Source of the DNA: an uncultured delta proteobacterium
Lineage (GTDB): Bacteria; Desulfobacterota; Binatia; Binatales; Binataceae
Direction: 5' to 3'
Assembly (NCBI GenBank): GCA_963711565.1
Contig: CAVQEQ010000002.1
Coordinates: forward strand, 192,001 to 256,000
DNA length: 64,000 bases
Made by a program: the position numbers and the translations under genes. Positions 49,429 through 58,272 of this stretch are shown one piece after another. The notes beneath the pieces are model-generated. The model ran no database searches. It worked only from the letters and a program-made list of their open reading frames with translations, and had not been told where the DNA came from. Every line of letters starts with the position of its first letter. The first letter of the stretch is position 1.

Positions 49429-49564
49429 TAGCCAAATATATCAGTTTCGCGGAGAACCCTGAATTAAATCTGCGAGCCGAAGTGGTGGCGAGTGAATCTG
49501 TTGCATCGACTGGCGAATTTCCTTGACGGCAGTGGGGCTATGCTGGGACTATAGATTCGCAAAT

Positions 49565-49619
49565 GGTGATGGGGTTCACCGATTAACCGCTCTCTGTTTC
49601 AGAGGCTGATGACCCCTGC
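49565..49619 (+). ncRNA. Fluoride (crcB) riboswitch 1
   Basis: GGTGATGGGGTTCACC-gattAACCGC-tctctg/cagag-GCTGATGACCCCTGC: P1, pseudoknot GGGGT/ACCCC and the conserved core. Confidence 0.93.
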
Positions 49620-49644
49620 GGAAAAAGCCGTAGGGGTTTATTTT
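49612..49644 (+). terminator. Expression-platform terminator of riboswitch 1
   Basis: ACCCCTGCGG-aaaaag-CCGTAGGGGT followed by TTATTTTT; overlaps the aptamer 3' end. Confidence 0.85.
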
Positions 49645-49686
49645 TGGAAGAGCGCCAGGGTTTCTTCAATAAGAGGATACGATACC

Positions 49687-51360
49687 ATGCCTGAAAATCT
49701 TAGAAGTAAGACGATTACCGAGGGCGTCCAACGTTCACCGAATCGGTCAATGCTGCGCGCCGTTGGCTTCACCGACAGTGATTTTCAGAAGCCAATTATC
49801 GGTATCGCCAACGCGTACAGCACGATCACCCCATGCAACATAAGTCTGAACGTACTCGCGCAGCGCGCAGAGTCCGCACTCAAGACGTCGGGTGCGATGC
49901 CGCAGGTATTCGGCACCATCACGGTTAGCGATGGCATAGCGATGGGAACCGAGGGCATGAAGTACTCGCTGGTATCGCGCGAGGTGATCGCGGATTCCAT
50001 CGAGACGGCGTGCAGCGCTCAGTCGATGGACGGCGTAGTTGCGATCGGCGGTTGCGACAAGAACATGCCGGGCTCGATGATGGCGATCGCGCGGATGAAT
50101 ATTCCAGCGATCTTCGTTTACGGTGGAACGATCAAGCCGGGACACTACAACGGCCGCGATCTGACGATCGTGAGCGCCTTCGAAGCAGTCGGGGAATTCA
50201 GCGCTCACAAGATCGGCGAGAAAGAATTGCTCGAGGTCGAGCGCCGCGCGTGTCCTGGGGCGGGTTCGTGCGGCGGGATGTATACCGCCAACACAATGTC
50301 GTCGGCGATCGAGGCGATGGGCATGAGCCTGCCGTATTCGTCAACGATGGCGGCCGAAGATTCCGAGAAGGCCGACAGTGCCGCGAAATCGGCGCAAGCC
50401 GTTGTCCAGGCGGTGCGCACGCAATTGCTGCCGCGACAAATCATGACGCGCAAGGCGTTCGAGAATGCGATCTCAGTCGTGATGGCGGTGGGAGGATCGA
50501 CCAACGCCGTACTCCATCTGCTCGCGATGGCTCACACGGCTGAAGTGCCGCTGACTATCGACGACTTCGAGACGATTCGTCAGCGCGTACCGGTCCTGTG
50601 CGACATGAAGCCGTCGGGGCCTTACGCCACGACTGACTTGCACCGCGCGGGCGGGATCCCGCAGGTGATGAAAATGCTCCTGAACCGAGGGCTGCTGCAC
50701 GGTGACGCGATCACCATCACCGGAAAAACGATTGCGGAGAATCTGGCCGAAGTCCCCGATGCGCCGGGTACGGATCAGGCGGTCATTCATCAGTGGAATA
50801 AGCCGGTCTATCCGCAGGGTCATCTGGCAATCATGCGGGGGAACCTGGCAACTGAAGGCGCCGTCGCAAAGATCACCGGGATAAAGAGCCATCACATTAC
50901 GGGACCGGCACGAGTGTTCGAAAGCGAGGAAGACTGCCTGAGTTCGATCCTCGCGGGCAAGATCAAAGCCGGTGACGTGGTCGTGATTCGCTACGAAGGG
51001 CCGAAGGGCGGACCTGGGATGCGCGAGATGCTGTCACCGACCTCGGCGATCATCGGCGCCGGGCTCGGCGATGCGGTCGGACTCATAACCGACGGCCGTT
51101 TCTCGGGCGGTACCTATGGTTTGGTTGTGGGACACGTCGCCCCGGAAGCACAGGTGGGCGGACTGATCGCGCTGGTGCACGAAGGGGACTCGATCACGAT
51201 CGATGCGAACAAACATCTGCTTACGCTGAATGTGCCCGAAGCCGAGATCGCGCGGCGCCGGTCCGAATGGCGAGCGCCTAAGCCCCGATACACCCGAGGC
51301 GTGCTGGCGAAGTACGCGGCTCAAGTGTCATCGAGTAGCATCGGGGCCGTGACGGACTAA
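49687..51360 (+). CDS. ilvD: Dihydroxy-acid dehydratase
   Basis: [52 protein letters not shown]. Confidence 0.96.
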   Translation: MPENLRSKTITEGVQRSPNRSMLRAVGFTDSDFQKPIIGIANAYSTITPCNISLNVLAQRAESALKTSGAMPQVFGTITVSDGIAMGTEGMKYSLVSREVIADSIETACSAQSMDGVVAIGGCDKNMPGSMMAIARMNIPAIFVYGGTIKPGHYNGRDLTIVSAFEAVGEFSAHKIGEKELLEVERRACPGAGSCGGMYTANTMSSAIEAMGMSLPYSSTMAAEDSEKADSAAKSAQAVVQAVRTQLLPRQIMTRKAFENAISVVMAVGGSTNAVLHLLAMAHTAEVPLTIDDFETIRQRVPVLCDMKPSGPYATTDLHRAGGIPQVMKMLLNRGLLHGDAITITGKTIAENLAEVPDAPGTDQAVIHQWNKPVYPQGHLAIMRGNLATEGAVAKITGIKSHHITGPARVFESEEDCLSSILAGKIKAGDVVVIRYEGPKGGPGMREMLSPTSAIIGAGLGDAVGLITDGRFSGGTYGLVVGHVAPEAQVGGLIALVHEGDSITIDANKHLLTLNVPEAEIARRRSEWRAPKPRYTRGVLAKYAAQVSSSSIGAVTD

Positions 51361-51412
51361 CGGGGTCGCCGCACATAGCCCTCTAACCGCGTGGGCATAG
51401 AAGTGTCCTTGG

Positions 51413-52946
51413 ATGACCTTCCACAGCATACTCTTCGAAGGTGCTAGCAACGGTGTCTCGGCGGTACGACCAGCCGCGCCCGATTCTTTTGTCGATCTCA
51501 ATCTCGATCAGGTCGTGGCCGCTATCACCGCCGGCAAGGAAGAATATGACCTGAAACCTTTTTTCTATGCCTCCCTGCATGACGCCGACGCGATCAACTA
51601 CCGGCAGGAGGTCATGCAAGCGCTCGAAGAATGTTCCTCTCGCCGATAGCATCAGGGCCTTCGCCGCGCAGATGCATTCGATGCGGCAGTATCTGGCTCA
51701 ATCCGAGGAACTCGCGGGTCGCCAGAAAGAGCGATGGTTCCTCGATGCTGTCGATATCTATTGCGACGGGGTGACAGAACTGGTCAACAACCTATCGACT
51801 ACAGACCTGACGTCGCGTGGGCTCCTGGCTTTTCGGGAGTACGCGACCCAGTATGCTGCATCCGATCCCTTCGCGCGGCTCTTGAAGGAAACGAAAGAGC
51901 TTAAGTCCGCTCTCGCTTCAATCGAGTACTGCGTCCTTATCAACAGTCCCAACGTCCAGGTCCGCAAATACGAGGGCGAGCCCGACTACAGTGCGGATGT
52001 CCAGTCAACCTTCGAAAGGTTCAAGCAGGGTACGGTCACGGACTACAACTTCAAGTTTTTCGATTCACCTAAAATGGACCACATCGAGGAGAAGATTTTC
52101 GACCTGGTCACCCGGCTCTATCCCGAAATATTCAGTCGACTGCAATCTTACTGCGCGAGCCACAAAGATTATCCAGACTATGCGATCTTCACGTTCGACA
52201 AGGAGATCCAGTTCTATGTCGCCTACCTGGAGCATATCGCGCGATTCAAAAACGCCGGGTTGGATTTCTGTTATCCGCGAATGGACAGGACCTGCAAGGA
52301 AGTTTACAGTTCTGCGGGCTTCGATCTCGCGTTGGCCGGCGCTCTTATAAGTGAACGGGCCATCCCTGTGAGCAATGACTTTCATCTCAAGGATCGCGAG
52401 CGGATGATCGTCGTCTCCGGTCCGAATCAAGGTGGCAAGACGACCTTTGCCCGTACCTTCGGGCAGTTGCACTATCTGGCGAGCCTCGGCTGTCCGGTGC
52501 CGGGAAAAGAAGCGCGCCTGTTTCTCTTCGACCAGATCTTTACGCATTTTGAACGAGAGGAAAATGCAAACAACCTGCGCGGCAAGCTACAGGACGATCT
52601 CCTTAGAGTGCATCAAATTCTCGAGCGCGCAACCCCTGACAGCATCATCATCATGAATGAGATTTTCACCTCCACTACACTGCAAGACGCCGTCGTTCTC
52701 AGCAAGAAGATTGCCGCCAGGATAATGAAATTGGACCTCCTGTGCGTATGGGTGACGTTCGTCGAAGAGTTGGCGTCATTGAGCGAGCAGACCCTGAGCA
52801 TGGTCAGTACTGTAGTGCCCGAGAGTCCGGCGCTGCGGACTTATAAGATTGTCAGGCGCCCCGCCGACGGGCTTTCCTACGCAATGTCGATCGCGGAGAA
52901 ATATCGGGTCACATACAAGACGCTCAAGGAACGACTCGGCTCGTGA
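51413..52946 (+). CDS. MutS domain V-only ATPase A (frameshift near 51628)
   Basis: MTFHSILF...DLNLDQ...YRQEVMQALE joins NVPLADSIR after a one-base shift. Walker A GPNQGGKT, THFERE, GKLQDDL, IIMNE. Confidence 0.85.
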
Positions 52947-54439
52947 AGGCGCATCTCCTGTACAGGGATCATGATTTCGATTTGGAGCGGCCGTTGCCCT
53001 GGAATGAAGTCGCACTGGTTAAGGATCTGTCGCTGAGCACTCTGTTCGCCGCGATGGCGCGGGGCGACCAGTTGGTCTCTGAAGTCAGCAAGCGAGTTAT
53101 CCTGCTGGGCTTCGATAACGGCCTCGAGACGATTCGCTATCGCCAGAGCGTTTTGCGGGACTGCCTCAACCAACCGTTCGTTGTCCGCGAGCTTTACGCG
53201 GTCGCAGTCGATGCGATGGAGAAGCAGAAGAGGCACTATCTTGGAATCTTCGCCCGCTACCCCGACTCGGTCCTTCGCCATTCGATCGAACTGATGGAAA
53301 CCTTCCTCAGCATGCTGAAGACCCTGCGGAAGATCACGGATTCGCACGCTGACAAGTTCGTTTCAGAGGGATGGACGGCGTTTTACGCGATGTTGCGGCG
53401 TGAGCTTGATGACGACTATTTTGCTCTCGTCGAGAATCACCTGGAACGATTGAAATTCCGCGGTGGGGTATTACTCAGCGCCAGGCTGGGTAAGGGGAAC
53501 AAGGGCGATCCCTATGTCCTCCGTGAACCGCCCTATCGAAAAGAAACGTTCCTGACGCGGCTCTTCCGACAACAATCGTCTGCTTACAGCTTCACGCTCC
53601 ATCCACGCGAAGAAAGTGGATTCAGGGCGCTATCAGAGTTACGAGACCGAGGGATAGGACTTGTCGCCAATGCGCTGGCCCGATCTACCGGACACGTGCG
53701 CAGTTTTTTCGACATGCTGCGGACGGAGCTAGCCTATTATGTGGGTTGCGTGAACCTGCACGAGGAGCTTAACCGAAAGAGAGTTTCGATGTCTTTTCCG
53801 TCGCTCGCAACCGCGGATGAGCGCAGGCTGTCCTTTCAGGGATTGTGCGATGCCTGCCTGGCGCTGAACATGGAGCAGCGGATAGTCGCCAACGACGCCG
53901 ACGCTGACAAGCGAACCGTTGTGTTCGTCACCGGCGCCAACCAGGGCGGCAAATCGACTTTTCTACGAAGCATAGGATTGGCCCAGTTGATGACGCAGTG
54001 CGGAATGTTCGTGTCCGCCGAGTCGTTATGCTCCAGCATCCGCGATGGACTCTTCACCCATTACAAAAGGGAGGAAGATACCGCCATGAAAAGCGGCAAG
54101 CTCGACGAGGAGCTCAGCCGCATGAGTGACATCGTTGACCATATCACTCCGCATTCCATGATCCTGTTCAATGAGTCCTTTGCGGCGACCAACGAGCGCG
54201 AAGGCTCGGAGATTGCCGGCCAGATCATATCCGCGCTCCTGGAAAAGCGGGTCAAGATTGTTTTCGTGACCCACCTTCATGAGTTAGCCCGCGCCTTCTA
54301 TGAGAGAGACAAGGCCGAGGTCTTGTTCTTACGGGCGGAAAGGCAGACCGACGGTGTCCGAACTTACAAGTTGCTCGAAGGAGAGCCGCTCCAGACCAGC
54401 TTCGGTGACGACTTGTACCAAAGCATTTTTGATGGCTAA
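52943..54439 (+). CDS. MutS domain V-only ATPase B
   Basis: GANQGGKST, THYKREED, SGKLDEEL, ILFNESF, FVTH; overlaps the stop of the partner gene. Confidence 0.9.
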   Translation: MKAHLLYRDHDFDLERPLPWNEVALVKDLSLSTLFAAMARGDQLVSEVSKRVILLGFDNGLETIRYRQSVLRDCLNQPFVVRELYAVAVDAMEKQKRHYLGIFARYPDSVLRHSIELMETFLSMLKTLRKITDSHADKFVSEGWTAFYAMLRRELDDDYFALVENHLERLKFRGGVLLSARLGKGNKGDPYVLREPPYRKETFLTRLFRQQSSAYSFTLHPREESGFRALSELRDRGIGLVANALARSTGHVRSFFDMLRTELAYYVGCVNLHEELNRKRVSMSFPSLATADERRLSFQGLCDACLALNMEQRIVANDADADKRTVVFVTGANQGGKSTFLRSIGLAQLMTQCGMFVSAESLCSSIRDGLFTHYKREEDTAMKSGKLDEELSRMSDIVDHITPHSMILFNESFAATNEREGSEIAGQIISALLEKRVKIVFVTHLHELARAFYERDKAEVLFLRAERQTDGVRTYKLLEGEPLQTSFGDDLYQSIFDG

Positions 54440-56190
54440 CCTTCGAGCGTTGAAGGATGGTCCGACGCCGGCTTGACCTTTGCGCGAAGACGCTCCAGAC
54501 GTTCGAGACTCGATTTGACGGCCTCGGTTCCGGCAGCGCGCGTGGCCTCGGCGCGAGCCAGTGTGCTTTCGGCGGTGGTGCGCAATTCATTGAGCATGCC
54601 GCGGATCTCCGCCTCCAGGCGGCGCCCGCTCTCACGAACGATCACGTCGAAATCGTTCAGAATTCTTGTGCTGTTGAGCGACAGCAACGTGACCAGATAT
54701 CGCGCGACTTTCTTTTCGACGATTTCCAGCTGGCTGCGCCGGGTCCTGAAGATTCCGATGATCCGCTCCGCGACCGTCTGCCGCGGAAAACCGAAATGCT
54801 CGCCGAAGTAGAGCTTGCCCTTCACACGGAACCCGGACTCCTCGCTCACCGCCGACGGCAAATCAGACAGAAGCGAATCGCCGGACTCGGCAACCCGCTT
54901 CAGAAAATCGTTGGCGAGCTGCACGAAGCGGTGGGCGGACTCGCGGTACATCGCCTCGGCGGCGGGACGCTCCTCTTCGAGCCATTGATTGAGCAGCCGG
55001 CGTGAAATGGATTGCGCGATCTCCGTCGCGCAGTCATAAAGTGGCGACCCGCGCCCTTCGGTCGCTTGAGCGATTGCCTCGTGAAACTCTTGGCGGGCAG
55101 CCGGGATTGTGCGAGCAAGAAAGCTGTCGCGACGCTCGGTGCATCGGCGACTGACCCGTTCTTGCTCGGCCTTGAACAAATGGCTCAGATCGCCAAGCGA
55201 ACGTTCGGCGTCGGCGATCACCTCCCGCAGGCGTGACGCGATACGCTGCGACTCTTCAGCCGGCGCAATCAGCGCGTCGTGGAGGTTGTCGATTTCGCGG
55301 AGCAGGTTGCCGGTGAGCCGCTGGATGCCGCGGTTCTCCGCCGCTTCCACGAGGGCCGGGCCGGATTCGCGCGCGAGCCGTTCAAGCTCTGCCAACAGGG
55401 CCGGACCGTCGCGCGATGGACCCGCGGCGTTCAGCCATTCGGCTGCGCTGACCTGGAACACGCGTCCCACCTCGCGCTTGATCTTCTGGGCCAAAGTACG
55501 TCGCGCAAATTCAATCGCCTCGCTACACTCACTGGCGGTGAGGCGGTCCGCCTTGCTGAGCACGAACACTATCTCCTGCAGCTGGGATGCGAGCTCTTCA
55601 AGAAGAATTAGTTCCTCACCCGATATCGGCGGATCGGCGCCAAGCACGATCAGGGCGGCGTCGATGTGAGGAACGAAAGCCCTGGTGACCGCAGTATTGC
55701 CGGCGAAGACTGAGCCGATACCGGGCGTGTCCACGAGGCACATGCCGGAAGCAAGCAGCGCAGCGGGCACAAAAACTTCGACGGCGGCGACACCTCGAGA
55801 GTTTTCCGGGTTGCGCTCCTCGGAGACGTAGTCGGAGGTAGATTGCACCGAGACCTGCTGGCGCGATCCGTTTTCGAAGTGAACTTCAGCGTGAAGAATA
55901 GGCCCATACCGAACGATGGTTACGATCGCAGTGACGGGCACGACGCCGGTGGGCAGGACGGAGGTTCCGATCAACGCATTGAGGAGGCTCGACTTGCCGC
56001 GTTTGAACTGGCCGAGACAGGCGACAAAGAAGCGCTTATCGGCAACGCGCTCGGCCAGCGCGCGGGCCTCGCGCTCGACGCGCTGGCTATCCAGCTCGCT
56101 CGCGACGTCAATTAACGATAGGAGCGGAAGATGGCGCGAGATTCGTGCGTTACCCGCGAACTTCCCGGATGTATATTGCTCTTCGGGCAA
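54436..56190 (-). CDS. Dynamin-like GTPase
   Basis: G1 GQFKRGKS, G2 PVT, G3 DTPG, G4 SKAD; long helical C-terminus. Confidence 0.9.
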   Translation of the reverse strand: MPEEQYTSGKFAGNARISRHLPLLSLIDVASELDSQRVEREARALAERVADKRFFVACLGQFKRGKSSLLNALIGTSVLPTGVVPVTAIVTIVRYGPILHAEVHFENGSRQQVSVQSTSDYVSEERNPENSRGVAAVEVFVPAALLASGMCLVDTPGIGSVFAGNTAVTRAFVPHIDAALIVLGADPPISGEELILLEELASQLQEIVFVLSKADRLTASECSEAIEFARRTLAQKIKREVGRVFQVSAAEWLNAAGPSRDGPALLAELERLARESGPALVEAAENRGIQRLTGNLLREIDNLHDALIAPAEESQRIASRLREVIADAERSLGDLSHLFKAEQERVSRRCTERRDSFLARTIPAARQEFHEAIAQATEGRGSPLYDCATEIAQSISRRLLNQWLEEERPAAEAMYRESAHRFVQLANDFLKRVAESGDSLLSDLPSAVSEESGFRVKGKLYFGEHFGFPRQTVAERIIGIFRTRRSQLEIVEKKVARYLVTLLSLNSTRILNDFDVIVRESGRRLEAEIRGMLNELRTTAESTLARAEATRAAGTEAVKSSLERLERLRAKVKPASDHPSTLEG

Positions 56191-56199
56191 GGGATTTTC

Positions 56200-56730
56200 T
56201 TACCTGTCAGACTTGCGCGATGCTCGGGCGATTGCATCGCTGATGTACTCGAAGGTCTCGTCGAGTTCCATCCAGTGAGAGATTTTCTTCCGATCGCCTT
56301 CTTCAAGGTCCTTGTAGTGATTGAAGAAATGGCTGATCTGCTCATATAGAATGGCCGGGAGATCGGCCAGGGTGCGAACATTTATGTAGTAGGGGTTCAA
56401 TCTGTCCACGGGGACGGCGATGATCCTCTGGTCGTCGTCTTCCATCGCAAGCCCACCGATCGGGCGGGATCGAACGACCGCGAGCGGGACAATTGGGACC
56501 TGCGAGACGACCAGCACGTCGCACGGATCCCCATCGCGACACACAGTGTGCGGAATGAATCCGTAATTGGCGGGATAGTGCATCGGGGTATGCAGGAACC
56601 TGTCCACGAACAGCGAACCTGAAGCCGGATCGAACTCGTACTTGATCGGCGCGCCCTCTTGAGGAATCTCGATTATCACGTTGACCTCGGACGGAGGGTT
56701 GTCGCCGATTGAAATTTTGCGGATATCCAT
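56200..56730 (-). CDS. ppa: Family I inorganic pyrophosphatase (divergent)
   Basis: IEIP, KYE, VDRFL, YPANYGFIPHT, DGDPCD, YKDLE. Start MDIRKI preceded by GGGAG. Confidence 0.9.
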   Translation of the reverse strand: MDIRKISIGDNPPSEVNVIIEIPQEGAPIKYEFDPASGSLFVDRFLHTPMHYPANYGFIPHTVCRDGDPCDVLVVSQVPIVPLAVVRSRPIGGLAMEDDDQRIIAVPVDRLNPYYINVRTLADLPAILYEQISHFFNHYKDLEEGDRKKISHWMELDETFEYISDAIARASRKSDR

Positions 56731-56763
56731 AAAAAAACTCCCACGGCGCCGCGCCGCAGGAGT
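56731..56763 (-). terminator. Expression-platform terminator of riboswitch 2
   Basis: ACTCCTGCGGCG-cgg-CGCCGTGGGAGT followed by a T run; the stem also contains the ppa RBS. Confidence 0.85.
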
Positions 56764-56809
56764 CATCGGCCGCTCGACGAGAGCGGCAATTTTGGTGGAC
56801 TCCACCACC
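56756..56809 (-). ncRNA. Fluoride (crcB) riboswitch 2, G-C variant
   Basis: GGTGGTGGAGTCCACC-aaaattGCCGC-tctcgtcgagcg-GCCGATGACTCCTGC; pseudoknot GGAGTC/GACTCC. Confidence 0.85.
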
Positions 56810-56856
56810 TTCGAGATCAAACTAGCAGAGCGATCGGTGCGCAGCCAAGCTTTCAC

Positions 56857-57183
56857 TCACTCCAGAAGATTGGGCAGAAGACCGCGGCGAAAAGCAGTGG
56901 CGAAGTCATAAAGGGCATCGGGCATAATAACGGACATCAGAAGAGAATCGGCGAATGAGACTCCCCAGAGTTTGGTAGCGGCTGAGGCGTGCCACGGATA
57001 GCAGAACACGATGCGACGCTCTCGGAGAATGACCAACGCGGTCATAGCCTTCGCGAGCGGGCATCGGCTGTCGGCGTCTTCCAGCGAACCGGGCGGAAAC
57101 GATTCGAGCGGCGGTTCGCCGATTTCGCGTCTTACGGCGTTGACGAGACGCAGCGCCGAGGTAACCAGTTCCGTATATTCCAT
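56857..57183 (-). CDS. Hypothetical protein (108 aa) under riboswitch 3
   Basis: MEYTELVTSALRLVNAVRREIG...RCPLAKA...FATAFRRGLLPNLLE; GGAG directly upstream of the ATG. Confidence 0.7.
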   Translation of the reverse strand: MEYTELVTSALRLVNAVRREIGEPPLESFPPGSLEDADSRCPLAKAMTALVILRERRIVFCYPWHASAATKLWGVSFADSLLMSVIMPDALYDFATAFRRGLLPNLLE

Positions 57184-57205
57184 GACTCCGCGATCAATCG
57201 CGATC

Positions 57206-57260
57206 CAGGAGTCATTGGCCCGGCCCGGCGGCCTAAGCGGGTTCGGCGGACTCCACCGCC
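57206..57260 (-). ncRNA. Fluoride (crcB) riboswitch 3, G-C variant, translational
   Basis: GGCGGTGGAGTCCGCC-gaacccgcttagGCCGCC...GGGCCAATGACTCCTG; a TATTGT -10-like hexamer lies 4 nt upstream. Confidence 0.78.
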
Positions 57261-57365
57261 GTCTACAATAGAGATATCCGGTTTGGCGTGACGGTGAATT
57301 GGTCTTAACCGTATTGACCATCACCTTTGGTGATCTTACCTCAATCTCTGGCAAACTGGATGCCG

Positions 57366-57983
57366 ATGACGAAAATTATCTTGATCCGCCACGGTAACGT
57401 GGAAGGTCTTAAGCCCGAGCGCTTTCGCGGACGCGCCGATCTCGAGCTGACGCCATTTGGTGTGGCCCAAGCCACCGCTACTGCTCAGAGGATCGCGGCG
57501 GCGTGGCACCCCTGCGCCATCTTTACAAGCCCTCTACGCCGATGCGTTTCGACCAGCAGGCCGATTGCCGACGCTTGCGGAGTACCCAGTGAGACGATCG
57601 ACGGACTTGTCGACCTCGACTACGGCGCTTGGCAGTGGAAAACTCACGACGAAGCGCGGCGCGAATCGCCGCAGCTATTCGACGCATGGCGCAGTGCGCC
57701 GCAGCTGGTCCGTTTTCCAGAGGGTGAATCATTGCAAGATCTGGTCGCGCGAACGTCAGACGCGTTGCGGTTCGTGCTGAACAAATACGCCGGGAACACC
57801 GTCGTTCTCGTCGGACATGACAGTGTCAACAAGGCTCTGCTCCTGCAGCTCATAGACCAGCCCCTCTCCGCCTATTGGCGCCTCGCGCAGGACTGTTGCG
57901 CAATCAACGAAATCGACATCGAGGAGACCACGATACGGGTGTCCCGGATCAACGAAACGCATCACCTCATTGGCGTGACCTGA
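57366..57983 (+). CDS. Histidine phosphatase (phosphoglycerate mutase) family protein
   Basis: LIRHG, SPLRRC, DYGAWQ, FPEGES, VGH. Confidence 0.92.
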   Translation: MTKIILIRHGNVEGLKPERFRGRADLELTPFGVAQATATAQRIAAAWHPCAIFTSPLRRCVSTSRPIADACGVPSETIDGLVDLDYGAWQWKTHDEARRESPQLFDAWRSAPQLVRFPEGESLQDLVARTSDALRFVLNKYAGNTVVLVGHDSVNKALLLQLIDQPLSAYWRLAQDCCAINEIDIEETTIRVSRINETHHLIGVT

Positions 57984-58057
57984 ATCGCAAACGCGAGCCC
58001 CAATGCTTCGCGGCGTTGACTCCCGAGCCAGATAGGTTATTTGATATAGTCGCAGAC

Positions 58058-58112
58058 GGTGATGGGGTTCCGCCGCTAACCGCTCCCGCTTGAGTGAGCT
58101 AATGACCCCTAC
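58058..58112 (+). ncRNA. Fluoride (crcB) riboswitch 4
   Basis: GGTGATGGGGTTCCGCC-gctAACCGC-tc...gaGCTAATGACCCCTAC, upstream of DUF190-crcB. Confidence 0.93.
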
Positions 58113-58181
58113 TCTGGTGTTGAGCACAGGTAGGGGCTTTTCTTTTGAAAGGGCTCTGCCGAAAGGTAGAGGGCCTTTTTT
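58106..58181 (+). terminator. Two tandem terminator-like hairpins after riboswitch 4
   Basis: CCCCTAC...GTAGGGG-CTTTTCTTTT, then CTCTGCC-GAAA-GGTAGAG...CCTTTTTT. Confidence 0.75.
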
Positions 58182-58272
58182 GATCGCAGCAGCTTGCAAT
58201 TTGCTACGCTCTCGGAAGAACCGTTCGCAGGGGCGGGCCTGCGCTTTCACAACGCCAGGAGGGCAGTGATCG

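Noticed and set aside
49609-49686. N-terminal extension of ilvD in the ORF track
   Set aside because: It starts inside the riboswitch and terminator; homology begins at MPENLRS (49687).
51413-54439. Calling the pair canonical mutS or mutS2
   Set aside because: No evident mismatch-recognition or Smr domain, and both proteins are too short.
56731-56856. 41-aa N-terminal extension of ppa
   Set aside because: The region is the riboswitch 2 aptamer and terminator; the RBS lies before ATG 56730.
57184-57354. N-terminal extension of the orphan ORF
   Set aside because: It spans riboswitch 3 and the divergent promoter region.
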